Positions 20,571 to 33,648 of a stretch of 53,507 nucleotides of DNA are shown piece by piece. Both the position numbers and the translations under genes were made by a program. Where the stretch lies: the NCBI GenBank assembly GCA_001600815.1, contig BCKZ01000036.1, forward strand, positions 62,001-115,507, read 5' to 3'. This DNA is from Alloascoidea hylecoeti. Lineage: Eukaryota. How positions within the stretch are numbered: position 1 is the first letter of the stretch; each line of letters opens with the position of its first letter. Below the pieces are notes generated by a model, which ran no database searches, was not told the origin of the DNA, and was given only the letters and a program-made list of their open reading frames with translations.

Positions 20571-23500
20571 TTAACTTGATTTCTTAGAAAATGCGCCTCT
20601 TAGATAATCTGGTTTGCTTGGTCTGAATGGTTTGTTATGTTTATGACCTTGTTGATTGGGTTCAGGATTATTTCGACGTAATGATTGCTTTCTATTCAAT
20701 AAGGATGATCCATTTTCTTCTGATCTATCAATGTTTTCACCCGAATCTGTATAGTCCTTGTAGCTTCTACTATTATCTGATTCAAATGAATGATCCTCTT
20801 CTTTCAAATTTGTTAAAGTTGTAAATAGTTGAGAATGTGGGCGTACCTTCTTCTCGCTATTAGGACGTTCTCTAACAGGAGGCACATTTTCTTTTGAATC
20901 TGATAAATTAGCTGAAGAATCTGGTGTATTATCCGCAGTATTGTCATCAAGAGTTAACATGTTATTCTCAAAATTTCCTTGGGTTATATTATTACCTTGA
21001 GAATTTGTTCTTCTTACGTTAGTAATAGACTCATAATGTGGTTTTAATTCCTCATCATTTGACTCAGTTTCTCCACCCTGACCATGTGTAAAACCATCAT
21101 CAATTTGATCCTTTGTTTCTCGACTTCGAGAACGACTCTGACTAAATCCATGAACATAATAACCTAACTTATTACGCGTTTTACTTCTCGGATTATGATC
21201 TTCACGATTAGCATTGTTTTTCTCCAAAGATTTTAAGAATTCCATACTTGATTCATTTGATGCTAAAGAAGTATCTCCTTCATCCGGTTGTAAGACTTTA
21301 TCATTGTTAGATTTATCATTGTCTTTATTATCCTCATCATCACCACTATTAATTATAGAATTAGATACAACAAGGGAAAGTTCAGCAATTTGTTCTCTCA
21401 AAATTTTTGCCTTTGTTTTAGATCCTGTTAATTGATTAATTTGTTCTTCATCCATATCCAAGAGAGAAGGAACCAAGTCTTCAGATTTTGACACTGCAGA
21501 TGTTTGTGAATTTGTTCTTAATTGTTGATGAGAATGATCATCCTCAATTTGGATTAAAGGTGGTCCTTCATTAAGAAGATCTTGTCCTTGTTCAAGATTA
21601 TTGTCATTATTTAAAAATTGTTCAGGCCATGTAGAAGTAATTGGAGATTCTCTGACACTTTCAGAAAAATTAACCATCATTGAGTTTGTTTCACTAAATG
21701 CCTGGTTGTGTGGTAGAGGAATAGAAAAATTTCCAACTGTTCCATCAGATAAAGCATCTCTATATTTCGAAGATACCTCAATAGATCCTAACTTTGGTTC
21801 AGTGTCTTCCTCGTAAAAATCAAAAGACAAATCTTTTTTGTTATTATCAGCAGCAAAAATAGGAATAGACCGTATACCAGGAGAAGCAGGCACTTTTTCA
21901 TTTTTGGTTTTATTATAAGTAGAATTATCGGAATTAATACTGATTGCATCTTCGAGATCATTGTCGTCCTTTACTTGCTCGGAGCTGTCTGGTATATTAA
22001 ATGGTTTTACCGTAGCTATACCAGAGGTCTCTTGAGAAATCTTATCTATTTTGTTAGAGCTGCTGCTCGGTTGAATGTTTAGTTTTATCTCTGCTTTCAA
22101 AGCATTTGATTGCTTCTTTTCAGGAAATATTTTTTGTCCCATGGTTTCCTTTTTAGGTCGCGCTTTCTCAACATTAGAGCTAGAAACTATATGAGTGTCT
22201 AATGGTAATGAGGTCGCTTTCTTTAAATTTTGTTCATCACCACTAGTTATTGGGCTAGTTTTGGCAGTTGGTTGTGAGAGCAATTCACTATTTGAATCAA
22301 CTTTCCCAATACCAAAAATGTCATCTGCAAGATCATGAGCATCTTTTGGAATAGAATTGTGAAAAGACGATGACTTCCAAGCATTTTCATCATTAAGACT
22401 ATTTTCAAACAATTGAGTGCTGCTAGACTTAGATTTAGACTTGGGTGTAGATGTGGGAATTGGAGGTGTAGGAAGACTACTATTACTTTGAACATGTTTT
22501 AGATTTTCAGCTGGTGGACTAAAGCTTTTAGTCAATTCATCTAATGAGGGAAACCTTGTTTCTGCATTATCTAGCTCGTCGTCCAGTTCGTGATCTAAAG
22601 GTGATTCAGTAGATGCGGTTGTTTGTATTGCCCTAGAGGCCGATGTGGGCAAATTTTGTACTATGGGGGAGGCAGGTACCCCAGCTTGGCCATAAGCATA
22701 CGCCTGTGACACCATTTGAAGTTGATGTTCCGGATAGTTATTCTGTTGAACTTGTTGCTGGAACTGAGGATGTGCATATTGAGGAGCTGGTGCTGGATTG
22801 TAGGCCAAAACATGAACACCACCATAAGAAGTTTGTGGAGGAGGTGATGCTATAGGGGATGACATTTTAGACTGACCTGAAAAAGTAGAATTTGAAGGTG
22901 GTTTTGAAACCATTGGACCTTCCCCATAAATATCAGGAATCGGGATTGGTTTATTTCTCATTGTAACCACTTCCGTGATAACCTGATAAATATTAGGCCG
23001 TGAATTTGGATCCTCACGTAGTAACTCTACTATTAAATTTTTCAAACGGTCCGAGTACACGGGAGCCGGTGGAAACGAGAAGACTGCATGCAGAATTGCC
23101 AAATCTCCTTTTCCTTCAAAAGGCGTAGTATAATAACACAATTTATACAAAAAGACACCAAGTGCCCATATATCAGATTTCTCATTAATGGCCTGCCCTC
23201 TGTAAAGATCAATCATTTCGGGGGATCTGTATTGGGGTGTGGTGTGTCTCAGTATATCATCTTGGAGTATTGCGAATTCTTGTTGGTTTCTTGGTGCTCT
23301 TAAAACAGGTGTCGCAGACCCGAAATCGCATAATTTGAAGGTCCCATCAGCAGCAATAAGAACATTTTCAACTTTTAAATCTCTATGGATCAAGGGGTAT
23401 TTTAGATAATGCATACATGCTAAACCGTTAGAAATGTCGGACATGATTTTGAGGATTTCTGGTTCTGTCAATTTCTCCCTTATTCGTGCATTCATAAAAT

Positions 23501-23980
23501 CAAGAAGTCCCTTCCCCGGACAAAACTCCATCAGTACATACACTTCGTAGCCAGTTGTATTATAAAATCTTGAAGCATGAGAGTCGTAGTATTCTACAAT
23601 GTTTCTGTGTCCTTTCAGTTGTTTCTATTAAAAAAATGTTAGTTTCATTGCAGTTTTGGTTTCTGAATATTCAAGTGAAACATACCATAGTGTCTACCTC
23701 TGCCCTCAATTGATTTAGGCTTGGTTTATCAGGCACAATGACTCGCTTAAGACAAGCCACATCGGAGCCATTTTCGGGGGGAGATATCTGTACCACGTAC
23801 ACATGGGCAAACCCGCCTATACAGACATGAGAAGTTAGAATACAGATCAGTTAAACATTAGAGATCCATAACTAGCATACCCTCAGACAGGAATTTGTTG
23901 ACTACAGTTGAGTGTGAGCCCACTGTGATGTGAGTGCCTGGTGCCAGCCGTGGCACAGGATGACCATTATAAGACGCCAT
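20571..23980 (-). CDS. Ark1/Prk1 (NAK) family Ser/Thr kinase; exons 23980-23881, 23816-23686, 23624-20571
   Basis: Spliced N-lobe FLSEGGFAHVY, ACLKRVIVPDK, LRAEVDTM; HRDLKVEN, LCDFGS, TTPQYRSPEM; long low-complexity tail; introns GTATGC..TAG and GTATGT..TAG. Confidence 0.93.
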
Positions 23981-24154
23981 ACGAGAATTATGTTGGTGGC
24001 TATCGAAACAGCAAAAAGAGTTCAAAAAGTGTCCTCTTCAGACTTTTGAAGGTTGTTTTCATTTAAGTCAATGTTTGGTAGGGTAACCATCCCCATTTTA
24101 CAATTATAAGCCATGGATTATGAGTCCATTAATTTATTAAAACTGTATATATCA

Positions 24155-25828
24155 TTATATAAGCTCTTCTTCTAAAAGCGTTTCCAAACTTTCCTGGTTG
24201 AATGGAACAAAAATTACCTCGCTCCCAGAGCTATCTTTTGTCGATATGGCCATTTGATGCTCAAAAAACTCCAACAGTATCGCTCTAAAATTCAGTTCAT
24301 TACTTGTAAGAAACTCCTCTGCGCATTGTTGGTAAAATGATTTAAATTCAATGCCATGCTTAGCTACTCCTTTGAAAGCTCTCCTTTGATCTTCATCCGT
24401 AATGTTCATTTCAGATATATCTTCTTCCATACTCTGAAGTTGATTTGAAATAAGCACTCTAAACACACCTCTTGCATTAGCTGTCAAACTCGACAATACA
24501 AACTTTGCACCTTCTGTTCCTCCATTCGAGTTAATGTTAGCCACTGATAACATATCACCAAACGATGTCTCGGTAGAGTATGGTTTAAATGTAGTTATAT
24601 CATGCCAAACAAAGTTATAGTAGGCCATTTTGGCTGAATCCCAAAGTGTTGGTGCATAGAAATGATCCACGCTTGCTACCAAAGATATCTGAGGAATAGA
24701 AACCAATTTACTAAAAAGACTTTGAACTTTTTCTGATCTCAGAGATACACTATCAATATTATGGCATAGTATAACTAATTTGCATCTTTTATCATCCTGT
24801 TTATTCATGTAATTTGTAAATTCATTTACTATATTCACTGGTGCCCCAGGAAATTTGACACTTCTTCCAACAGATAACAAATCCACCACGGGATGAAGTA
24901 TTTCTCTAAATGTTGTTGTAGGATTATAACCATTAATAACAAAAACTGGTGTTTCTTCAGATGAAAGATATTTCTCAGCAAAATCTATTAGTAAATCTCT
25001 TTTAGACCCCATCCCAAAAAATAATAAATTGAAGCCTTGTGATAGCTCAAACCGCCATTGAGGAAAGCATTCCTCGTATAATGATTGAATGCTTTCTTTT
25101 TGATCCGCGTAAAACAATGATTCTAGCTTTTGGCATCTATTAAGATCAGTAATATCTATTTTGGGAGCTTTGGCCATTGTATTTGTAGAAGTTCCTTTCT
25201 TATTCTTATGTTGCTCAAAATATCCCTCCCATCCATCCAAGAATAAAGCAAAATCTTCTACCTCGTCGGCCTCGGAAATTTGTAGTCCAGTGTGCGGTGA
25301 ATCCAAAATGCTCTGTATTTGATCATTTTCGGATTCATAATCGAAGTCCAATTTTCTGACACGGTGTAATACAGCAACCTCTAGATTTTCCTTCTCTTCT
25401 ATCTTTATACTTTTTCTAGGACTTGGGCTTGGGCTTGGGCTTGGGCTTGGGCTTGGTACCACTTTTCCAGATTGACCTCGTCTTTTAGAAGGTGTTACTG
25501 GTTGATTTGAACTGGCACGTTTGGGAGGATCCAGTATAGGCGTATCTTCACTTATCAACCGCGTCTTATTACGAGCCCTTAATGATTTTGTTAATATTTT
25601 ATTGTCCTCGGTTGGAAGTGTTGCTTTATTTTGGGTGAGCTTATTATTGATTAGGATTGATTTTTTATGTCGCTTTGGCGAATTCGTAGATATAATTTCA
25701 CCATTATCGTGTTCTTCATTATTCACTTTTTTAGAAGACTTCAGGCTTGGTGAGGAATTTTCCTTGGTAAGAGAGAGCCTTGTACGCGAGCGTTGTGGAG
25801 ACGTTCCTCTTTTGCGTTTTGGTGGCAT
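24155..25828 (-). CDS. ORC2: Origin recognition complex subunit 2
   Basis: EGYFEQ, FPQWRFELSQGFNLLFFGMGSKR, VINGYNP, HNID, ASVDH, WHDITTF, LLEFFEH. Confidence 0.96.
   Translation of the reverse strand: MPPKRKRGTSPQRSRTRLSLTKENSSPSLKSSKKVNNEEHDNGEIISTNSPKRHKKSILINNKLTQNKATLPTEDNKILTKSLRARNKTRLISEDTPILDPPKRASSNQPVTPSKRRGQSGKVVPSPSPSPSPSPSPRKSIKIEEKENLEVAVLHRVRKLDFDYESENDQIQSILDSPHTGLQISEADEVEDFALFLDGWEGYFEQHKNKKGTSTNTMAKAPKIDITDLNRCQKLESLFYADQKESIQSLYEECFPQWRFELSQGFNLLFFGMGSKRDLLIDFAEKYLSSEETPVFVINGYNPTTTFREILHPVVDLLSVGRSVKFPGAPVNIVNEFTNYMNKQDDKRCKLVILCHNIDSVSLRSEKVQSLFSKLVSIPQISLVASVDHFYAPTLWDSAKMAYYNFVWHDITTFKPYSTETSFGDMLSVANINSNGGTEGAKFVLSSLTANARGVFRVLISNQLQSMEEDISEMNITDEDQRRAFKGVAKHGIEFKSFYQQCAEEFLTSNELNFRAILLEFFEHQMAISTKDSSGSEVIFVPFNQESLETLLEEELI
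25419..25456 (-). repeat. Coding hexamer repeat (AGCCCA)n encoding PSPSPSPSPSPSP in ORC2
   Basis: gggctt tandem copies on + strand. Confidence 0.9.
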
Positions 25829-25957
25829 TGGGATATGATGGTGGTGATGAGTCTGATGACTACTGTTACAATGTTACCATAATTTAGAAATTTTCAATGT
25901 TACTTTTCAACCACCAAATAATTATCAATTTTATTTGCAACTTCAGAAAAACCACAA

Positions 25958-26424
25958 ATGTTGACGTTTTGTCCGTCTTGTTCAAACATGCTAGTTGTAT
26001 GTTTTATACTTTAAATATATATTTCTATAGAAATGTATTATTGCTACACAGATGGCTAATATCAAATATCATCTAGGTTTCAAATACAGATAGTAGCAGC
26101 TTTCGCTTCAAATGCCCAACATGCCCTTATGAATTTCCTATAATAGGAATACAAGTATACGATAGACATAAACTTAAACGAAAACAAGTGGATGACGTTC
26201 TTGGAGGAGAAGGATCTTGGGCAAATGTGGATCAAACTGCCGCTCAGTGCCCTAATGAAACCTGTGGGAACGACAAAGCATACTTCTTTCAATTACAAAT
26301 CAGATCAGCTGATGAACCCATGACAACCTTCTATAAGGTAAGCTATTTATTATTTGCTTTAAAAGTTATCGCTAACACGATTTTGTAGTGCACGGCTTGT
26401 GCTAATCAATGGAGAGAAAATTAA
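25958..26424 (+). CDS. RPC11: RNA polymerase III subunit C11; exons 25958-25996, 26077-26337, 26389-26424
   Basis: MLTFCPSCSNML, CPTCPYEF, VDDVLGG, QIRSADEPMTTFYKCTACANQWREN after removing two canonical introns (branch points GCTAAT, GCTAAC). Confidence 0.96.
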
Positions 26425-26536
26425 AGATCTTTTTGCATTTTTTGTACATTATATTATAACAGATTTCTATATAAAATTACTTATATTAAAAAGAGAAATA
26501 CAAGGCAGATGCCAAAGGTCATTTGAAAAAAAAAAG

Positions 26537-29500
26537 TTACTCATTCATGGTGTTACATGGGTTTGTTCGCAAACAATCAAGCTCAATACCAAACCATCCC
26601 GATCCAGTTTCATCATCAGCTGCTAATTCTCCATCTTTTATTCTTCCTATGTAAAAACCATCACAAGTGATATCACCATCGGTAAACTCTGTACATGTAG
26701 TGTTTTGTATTGTTGAATATGTTGGTGGTATACTTTCTTGAAGGCTTATCTTATTTGAGGAGCCCGACTGTAATTCATCATTATGGATATGACTTTTCAA
26801 ACTATGGGTCAGAGTGGTTTGACCAGAGAGAGTATTGGTAGAATGAATGTGATCAAAATCCATTTGATATTGTCTTTCAATAGGGAACTCTTGTTCAACT
26901 GACCTTTGAATTGGTATATCAATTATGCTTCCACTCGAATTGATAGAATTTAAATCCAAACTTACCATCTCCAACTGAGGGTTGATATCTGACGAAATCC
27001 GAATAAGATCACCTTCTATCCTTGATTTTTTATTTTGATGTTGATCATCATCTGCTTCTTTATTTGAAGAATACTTTAGTGGGTGATATTCTGGGGGGAT
27101 CGATCTAGAACGATATATGAAAGTATTAGAAACTCTTCTATTAATTATATGTGCTGGAGAATTTAGATTGTGAGGAACATTTGGCTGTGATACAGTCTGT
27201 GAATTTCGATGTATTATGAGCGTTGGATCACTGCTTATAATCAGATGTTGTGATTGTTTATCTGAGATACTCTTTTCTTCTGGCAATTTCTTTCCATTTT
27301 GTTGACTGTTATTATCAGGGATTTGTAAAATCTCCTCCGATTGGAAATGATCGCTTCCTAAATTAATTAATTCTTTATTCAATGAATCAAAATCTTGAAT
27401 CACTTTAGACTCACCATTCTCTACCGTATCTTGATGACTTTCTTCTTCGCGATCATTACATCTATTCTGTATACTTCGGTCAAGGTTCATAGCAACCTGT
27501 AGTGCGTTTCTCGCCATATCATTGTCGTCATCGTTATCGCTTGATTCATAAGAATGGTTCTCTACCGGTATATCCAGAAACCCGTAATTCTTCACAATTC
27601 TTGCATCTTCACCGGTTCTTCTATGAGATATTAGATTTTGTGGCAAAGCATTATATCTACGCTGTAGCTGCTGATAATACTGTTCAACTGTTGGTTGCCT
27701 AGGTATTTGATGAGTCGTTTGGCCATATAATTGAAGACGTTGTGAAGCTGATCCTGGAATTGGGATTGAAGTTAAGGCCGATAAATTATTTTGGGATACT
27801 TGAAGTTCTGACTTGATATCATTGCTACTTGAAACAATATTATTTTGAGTATCATCATCTATCACAATGATCGAGTCTTTAATTGATTGACCAAACTTGC
27901 TCCTAGTCAATGGTGTTGTCCTTTCGTAGTATTGTGTAGAGGGTGTTCTTGAGGATGTATTGTTGTAATATTTAATTTCGTTTTCGTTGATAGGACCGTA
28001 CTTTTGGCACATCTCCTCATCGTAATCGAAGGTGTCATTCATTACAGTGCAATAAGAACCAAAAATCCGTTTAATTGAAAACCCTTTTATCCAAGTGTTA
28101 GGGGTTTCAACACACGGATAAACATCCCTTGGTCTTAGGAGTTTTATTAAATGAATACATTCTTCATAAAGGGAATGTCTTGAAAAGTGCAAAATCAACC
28201 TCCTAGGGAGTAATTTGGTACCATCAGATGAAACTATATATGATTGACCTTTATACATCTTAATCAATCCCTTATTAATCTGAAATATGAGATCATTATT
28301 TTCAAGATCGCTTGCTTTTAAAGCACAGACTTGTTCTTCAGTTTCGTCTTCAACAACTTTTCTTATTGGTTCCAGTAAAATTGGATCATTCATTTCTTGG
28401 ACAAATGATTCAGTTGAATTTATCACAAAAGAAATATCAACAACATTAGACTTGGTATTTGCTTCACATTTTTTCTCTTGGTTATTGTCATTGCAACAAT
28501 GAAATCTGTACGGTTTCCCGGAATCATCACATTGGTTCGGTGTTATTACACCTTCGTATACTTGATTTCCATTGGTATATCCCGTTAATACAGGACCGTG
28601 TTCATAAATATTAGGATCTGAAAGTGCTTTAAAAAGTTCCCAGGTTTGTTTAGTGACATGAACTTTCCCTCCAAAAGTTATAACCAAATGCATCCAAATT
28701 TCCTCGAAGCCTAAAACACGAAATGCTCTGCTTCGGAAATAAAACATAATATCATCTGGATACTGTTCAATCGAGGAAACCAGTTCTTTTATACCACCAA
28801 CATTTTGTTTTACTTGAATGTAGGGTTCTCCTCGGTAGCTGAACGTTGTATCAAGATATACCTTATCTAGAATTTTGTGTCCATGGATAAAAGGGAAAAG
28901 GGATATTTCTTTTGTTAACGAGTTCACCCACCAAGGTTCGGCTCTTAAGTCTCCTGTATATAATATAGCAGCCCGACTATTTTGTATTAAGAACATAACT
29001 GAACCAGGACAATGATACGCTGGGATGAGAACCACCTGAATTGTTTCTTGACGTAACCGAAAACAGCATGGAGTATGAAGAGGTAAAGTTTTCTAATAAC
29101 ATTAGATGATGAAACGAATAAGAGTTTAAGAGTATTACTTACCAGATATTTAACACTGTGAGCATATTTTTTTCTCTTATTCGGCGTATAAATTACACAC
29201 TTTGAATTCAACTTGTTAGACACACAATATTGGTAATGGAGACATCGGATATTAACTTACCTCCTTCGTAGCTCTTGTGCAATAAATATAAGGACCTCCA
29301 AATGTAGCTCTCTCCAATCCAGACAAGTGATCGGTATGCGCATGAGATAAAAGAAGTACTACTGGGGTAGGACCATTTTCAAATCCCTTAAAGTAATCAA
29401 CTATTTTATTTCCAATTAGGAACAATGAAACAAGCACCAAAGCATTAATTCTACTTGTCTTACTATATACCCCAGGGAATTCTTTGATAACACCCTTAAA

Positions 29501-29573
29501 TGAGTTACTCTAATAGAAATTCAACATTAGATTAATGGATAAATTAGATTTTAGATTCTATTACACTTACCAT
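26537..29573 (-). CDS. Artemis/DCLRE1C-like MBL-betaCASP nuclease; exons 29573-29571 (ATG only), 29509-29464, 29400-29261, ~29199-29143, 29092-26537
   Basis: MSNSFKGVIKEFPGVYIDYF, LSHAHTDHLSGL, HCPGSVMFL, YTGDLRAEPWWV, VYLDTT, FSRHS; four GTAAG..AG introns keep frame. Confidence 0.88.
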
Positions 29574-29664
29574 ATCTCTCTCTATATTGGGCCTTTTACA
29601 GGAAAAAATAACACGAAATTGACACGCTCCGAAAAAATTATTAATTACTTGATGCGTAACATAT

Positions 29665-29672
29665 CCGGGTAA
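29665..29672. promoter_or_regulatory. Reb1-type site CCGGGTAA upstream of Artemis-like gene
   Basis: Exact consensus ~90 bp upstream of ATG. Confidence 0.55.
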
Positions 29673-30484
29673 TACATTTTCAAAAAAGCTTAAAAAACAC
29701 TTATTTGTACAATTTTCCTTTATTGGTCGGAATATATATCAATCATACAAGTTAAAATCAGGAGAAAGAAAAGAAATACTATATATATTGAAGGGGTTTG
29801 AACTTAGGGAAATTGGAATCTTCTTGCTTTCAAGATGACAAAGTATTGTGGCATGAAGGAGTTAAATATAAAGGAGAGGATGAATTCCAAAGATCAAGTG
29901 GCTTAAAGTCATTAATATTGCTGCTAATACCCGAAATTAGATTTAGAAATGGGCAAATTTGATCAATTGGTCGTTTTTATATGGGGTTTTTGTTCTTTAA
30001 AGAAAAGTGTTGTGTCTTTATCGCTTGCAGCTTCTATCAGAGCACAGGACCATCCCACAACTGTTTCATTAATGTTGATGTTAATTTTTCACAAAGTCCA
30101 GTTCTATCATCTATTAATTTGATATCGAACTCAAAAATGAATAACGGGTTGTCAGAAGTAAGTTTCAACGCAACTACATAGCAATATTTGATATTCAATT
30201 ATTAATTTAGTATCCTAATCTCTTTGTAAAGGATCGAGTATCTATTTTTCATGATTATAAGATGTCTACATAAAAACCTGATTGTTGTATTACATATCAC
30301 CATAGAATCCAACTGTGGGTACAAAGATAAAAAAAAATACTCCAATATATTGATCTACTTTAATTATAAATAGAGAGTATATCGGTATAGACTATATATA
30401 TTTATAAGATCATCAAAAGTCATTTTATCAGTCGTTAAGAGCCATAAATCAAAAATTGCACATTTAAAAGGTTAAAAAATAAGC

Positions 30485-31420
30485 TCAAATCCATTGACGA
30501 GGATTCTTGAGAACTTGCAATAGTTGATCCTCTCTGGTGCCTTTCTCTGGATGATGATCATAAAGCCAACTAGCAGTAACAGGTAGCGACATAAGAATTG
30601 ATTCAACCCGAGATCCTGGAGTCATTAAACCAAATTTAGTTCCTCTATCAATCACCAAATTAAACTCAACATATCTACCACGTCTCAATTGTTGCCATTT
30701 CTTTTCCTCGGGGGTGTAAGGCAGGTCCTTTCTTTTACGCATTATGGGTAAATACGCGGGAAGGAAAGCATCAAAACAGTCTGTAACAAATGATAGTAAT
30801 TCTCCAGGAGTTTTATCATCCAAATCATCGAAAAATATACCACCAATACCCCTTGATTCTTCTCTATGTTTGATGAAAAAGTATTCATCACACCATTTCT
30901 TAAACTTTGGATAGTATTGTGGATCATGCTTATCACAGGCATCCTTCAATTGTTTGTGGAAATGAATTGCATCCTCTTCAAATAAGTATGATGGGGTCAA
31001 ATCTGCACCACCACCAAACCACCATGCTTGAGTAGAACCATCTGGATTAGTTGTTTCAAAGTAACGATAATTCATATGAACAGTAGGTGCCATTGGATTA
31101 TAAGGATGCAAAACCATTGATAGCCCACAAGCATAAAAACCAACAGATCCAGTATTGTCTGTGTTCATAGATTTATGATCAGCTCTCATCTGTTGAATAG
31201 CTTGAGGGGGTAGAATTCCATTAACGATTGAAATATTAACTCCACCTTTTTCAAAACAAGTACCTTCTTGTATGACACATGAAACACCACCCCCGCCATT
31301 TCCTGGTTTTGTCCATGAATCAGCACGAAATTTTTCAGTATCTAAAGTCTCAAGACCACTAACTATTTCTTTCTGCTTCTGGCGAACCAAAACTTCCATT
31401 TTTTCCTTAATACTACTCAT
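30485..31420 (-). CDS. HEM13: Coproporphyrinogen III oxidase
   Basis: [51 protein letters not shown] at 31420 (track start is GTG). Confidence 0.98.
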   Translation of the reverse strand: MSSIKEKMEVLVRQKQKEIVSGLETLDTEKFRADSWTKPGNGGGGVSCVIQEGTCFEKGGVNISIVNGILPPQAIQQMRADHKSMNTDNTGSVGFYACGLSMVLHPYNPMAPTVHMNYRYFETTNPDGSTQAWWFGGGADLTPSYLFEEDAIHFHKQLKDACDKHDPQYYPKFKKWCDEYFFIKHREESRGIGGIFFDDLDDKTPGELLSFVTDCFDAFLPAYLPIMRKRKDLPYTPEEKKWQQLRRGRYVEFNLVIDRGTKFGLMTPGSRVESILMSLPVTASWLYDHHPEKGTREDQLLQVLKNPRQWI

Positions 31421-32083
31421 CTTAGTTTTCAATTGTGTCCTCCTTGGCACCTAATATATGAATGGTAATTATCAATTGCAAAGAATGATATAGGTGAAAA
31501 AAAGCTATGAAGAATATAAATTAATTTATAGTTTTAGTTTTGAAAAATCAGCCGATAATATAAATAACCAGTAACATGTTATTTATAGCTGTTTATAAAT
31601 AGTGGTATAACTACCACCCCGATTTTCAAAGATAGTCTGATTAATGATAGATTCTTTGACATAAATAGTCTTAAAGTTCCTTTATACCATTTCAGCTTTC
31701 TCATTCATGAGTCGTTGAAATCTGTGAAAATAAATCACGTAAGGAGCATAATGTATCATGCGTATCTCTCATAATAAGAGAGTAACCATGTCTACGTAGT
31801 TAGATTTTTTTTCTAAAAAGGAAGATATTGAAATTATTGGGGAATCAACTGATTTTATTTAACGGCAATTTTAGGTTCCGGAAAGTATATAAGTAACTAT
31901 GGTTTCTAAACGTCTCGCAAGCCCAGAATAAAACAGATCCAACAAATCGGAATATTAAGGCAGTTGGATCGGAGTTAATAATAATTCATGAACTGATTTC
32001 AACTTTTTGTTACCCGCACTTCACCGTATTTAAGATGTTTGTTTAGATCCATATCCCGAAACCTCATCGATTTTTATAATACT

Positions 32084-32632
32084 ATGGATCTAAAATCTTA
32101 CTTTTACATTGTTGACTCTAGCGTGGCGGAGTTCTTCTCACATTATGAATTCACAGCAAATCATGTTTCTACTCCTTTAGCCCGCTTAATTACAACTCTA
32201 TTTGTTACAGTAACCATCTTATATGTCATAAATTTCATATTCTTTGAAATATCAGTACTATTAGGCAGAAAGCAAAGAGATGATATATTTACCGTTGAAC
32301 CTATCCCAGCTGCTCATATCTATGTTGAAGCAAAAAAGATGTATGAAAATCCTCCTGTTACATCTACTTATCGATTTCAGTTCAAACCAGAAGATTATCA
32401 GGATAATAAAGACCCTAGTTTGGGCGTTACTATTGGATTTGTCAGAAGGAAAGTCTGTGATATTCTAAATAAAGAAATCCAAGGGGAGAAGCTAGATGAA
32501 GAAGTCCTGGTACATTTAGAGGACCTTGTAATTTACCATCGAGGAAACAGATTACCTTTGAAAAAAGACACTCAACCATTATGTCTGGAGGATGTGGATA
32601 CTGGTGATACATTATTTGCTTTTATAGAATAG
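32084..32632 (+). CDS. Hypothetical single-pass membrane protein, 182 aa
   Basis: Open frame with normal codon composition, one hydrophobic helix (LITTLFVTVTILYVINFIFF), Reb1-like TTACCCG at 32010 upstream. Confidence 0.75.
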   Translation: MDLKSYFYIVDSSVAEFFSHYEFTANHVSTPLARLITTLFVTVTILYVINFIFFEISVLLGRKQRDDIFTVEPIPAAHIYVEAKKMYENPPVTSTYRFQFKPEDYQDNKDPSLGVTIGFVRRKVCDILNKEIQGEKLDEEVLVHLEDLVIYHRGNRLPLKKDTQPLCLEDVDTGDTLFAFIE

Positions 32633-32779
32633 TTTATATAATACAATTTTAGATCATAATATCAATGGTATATTTTGTACTACATATTATAATTAACATC
32701 AATAAGCAATTAGAAATTGAAAAAGTAAATATAATATATAGTGATTAGTATAATACTTTTTGGTTTGCTTTTTTGTTAT

Positions 32780-33648
32780 TTACACCAATTTATTGATGTC
32801 GAGTTTAGGAAATTTAACTCCATCTTTTGATAATTTATCTTCACCCCATGAAAATAAAGTTACCAAGCTCTTTAATTTTGCTTCTTGATTCACATTAACA
32901 CTACCATGTGAAACAAAATTATTCATACCAAAGCCATATTTACTACTTGTATTTGGAGATTCTAAAATTGCTGTATTAACATCTTGAGCAATTTTTCTCC
33001 TTAAATTTAAATCAAGTAATTCTTTTAATGGTGGTACCAATTTATCAGGTGGGAAACATAAAAGAGCCATTGTTAATTCAAAATCCTTTAAGAAATTTTC
33101 ATCTAATAATGCTCTTTTAGCTAAATGAGTTTTTGCAAAATGAAGCGCTATTTGTAAATTATTATTTTCGGTTGTTTTATCAACTGGTTGTTGATTTGGT
33201 GAATGAAATTTTGTTCTAATAATTTCAATTAATTGTAATCTTAGTAAATGAAAATGTAATTCTGGATTTTTATCTAACAATTCAGGATCTAAATCAATAA
33301 TTTTATCAATTGCTAATTCAATATTCCCTTGAAAAATCGCACTTCTAATCTCCTTTCTTGGTTGAATTTTATCAAATCCATCAATAGGATTATGATCTGC
33401 TGTTGAATTATTAGAGATCAAGCCTGATTCTTGGGCAAATTTTGTTGCAGCCTCTTGATATCCTTCAACTATTAAATAGTTCATAACTAAAGAATTCAGA
33501 TCGCTGTAAATATTGATTAGTAAATTATTCAAGGTGGAGTTACAATGCGAAGCAACTGTAACCCTCAAAGCAAGCAGTCATACCTTTTCGTAATCCGTAG
33601 TTTGCGAGATTCAGCATCCCACTCATCTTTGGTATATTCGTCGGTCAT
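32780..33648 (-). CDS. GID8: GID/CTLH complex LisH-CTLH-CRA subunit; exons 33648-33584 and 33503-32780
   Basis: DEW..., DLNSLVMNYLIVEGYQEAATKF, IRSAIFQGNI, LHFHLLRLQLIEIIR, ELTMALL, LRRKIAQDVN; GTATGA...TACTAAT...CAG intron. Confidence 0.9.

Noticed and set aside
20489..20590. Possible extra C-terminal exon/frameshift of the Ark1/Prk1 kinase (…GFREKFERLL…)
   Set aside because: No intron of plausible length or branch point; short open frame could be chance
29780..30200. Coding-like or ncRNA-like stretch between Artemis-like gene and HEM13
   Set aside because: Only short frames on both strands, no recognisable motif or RNA signature
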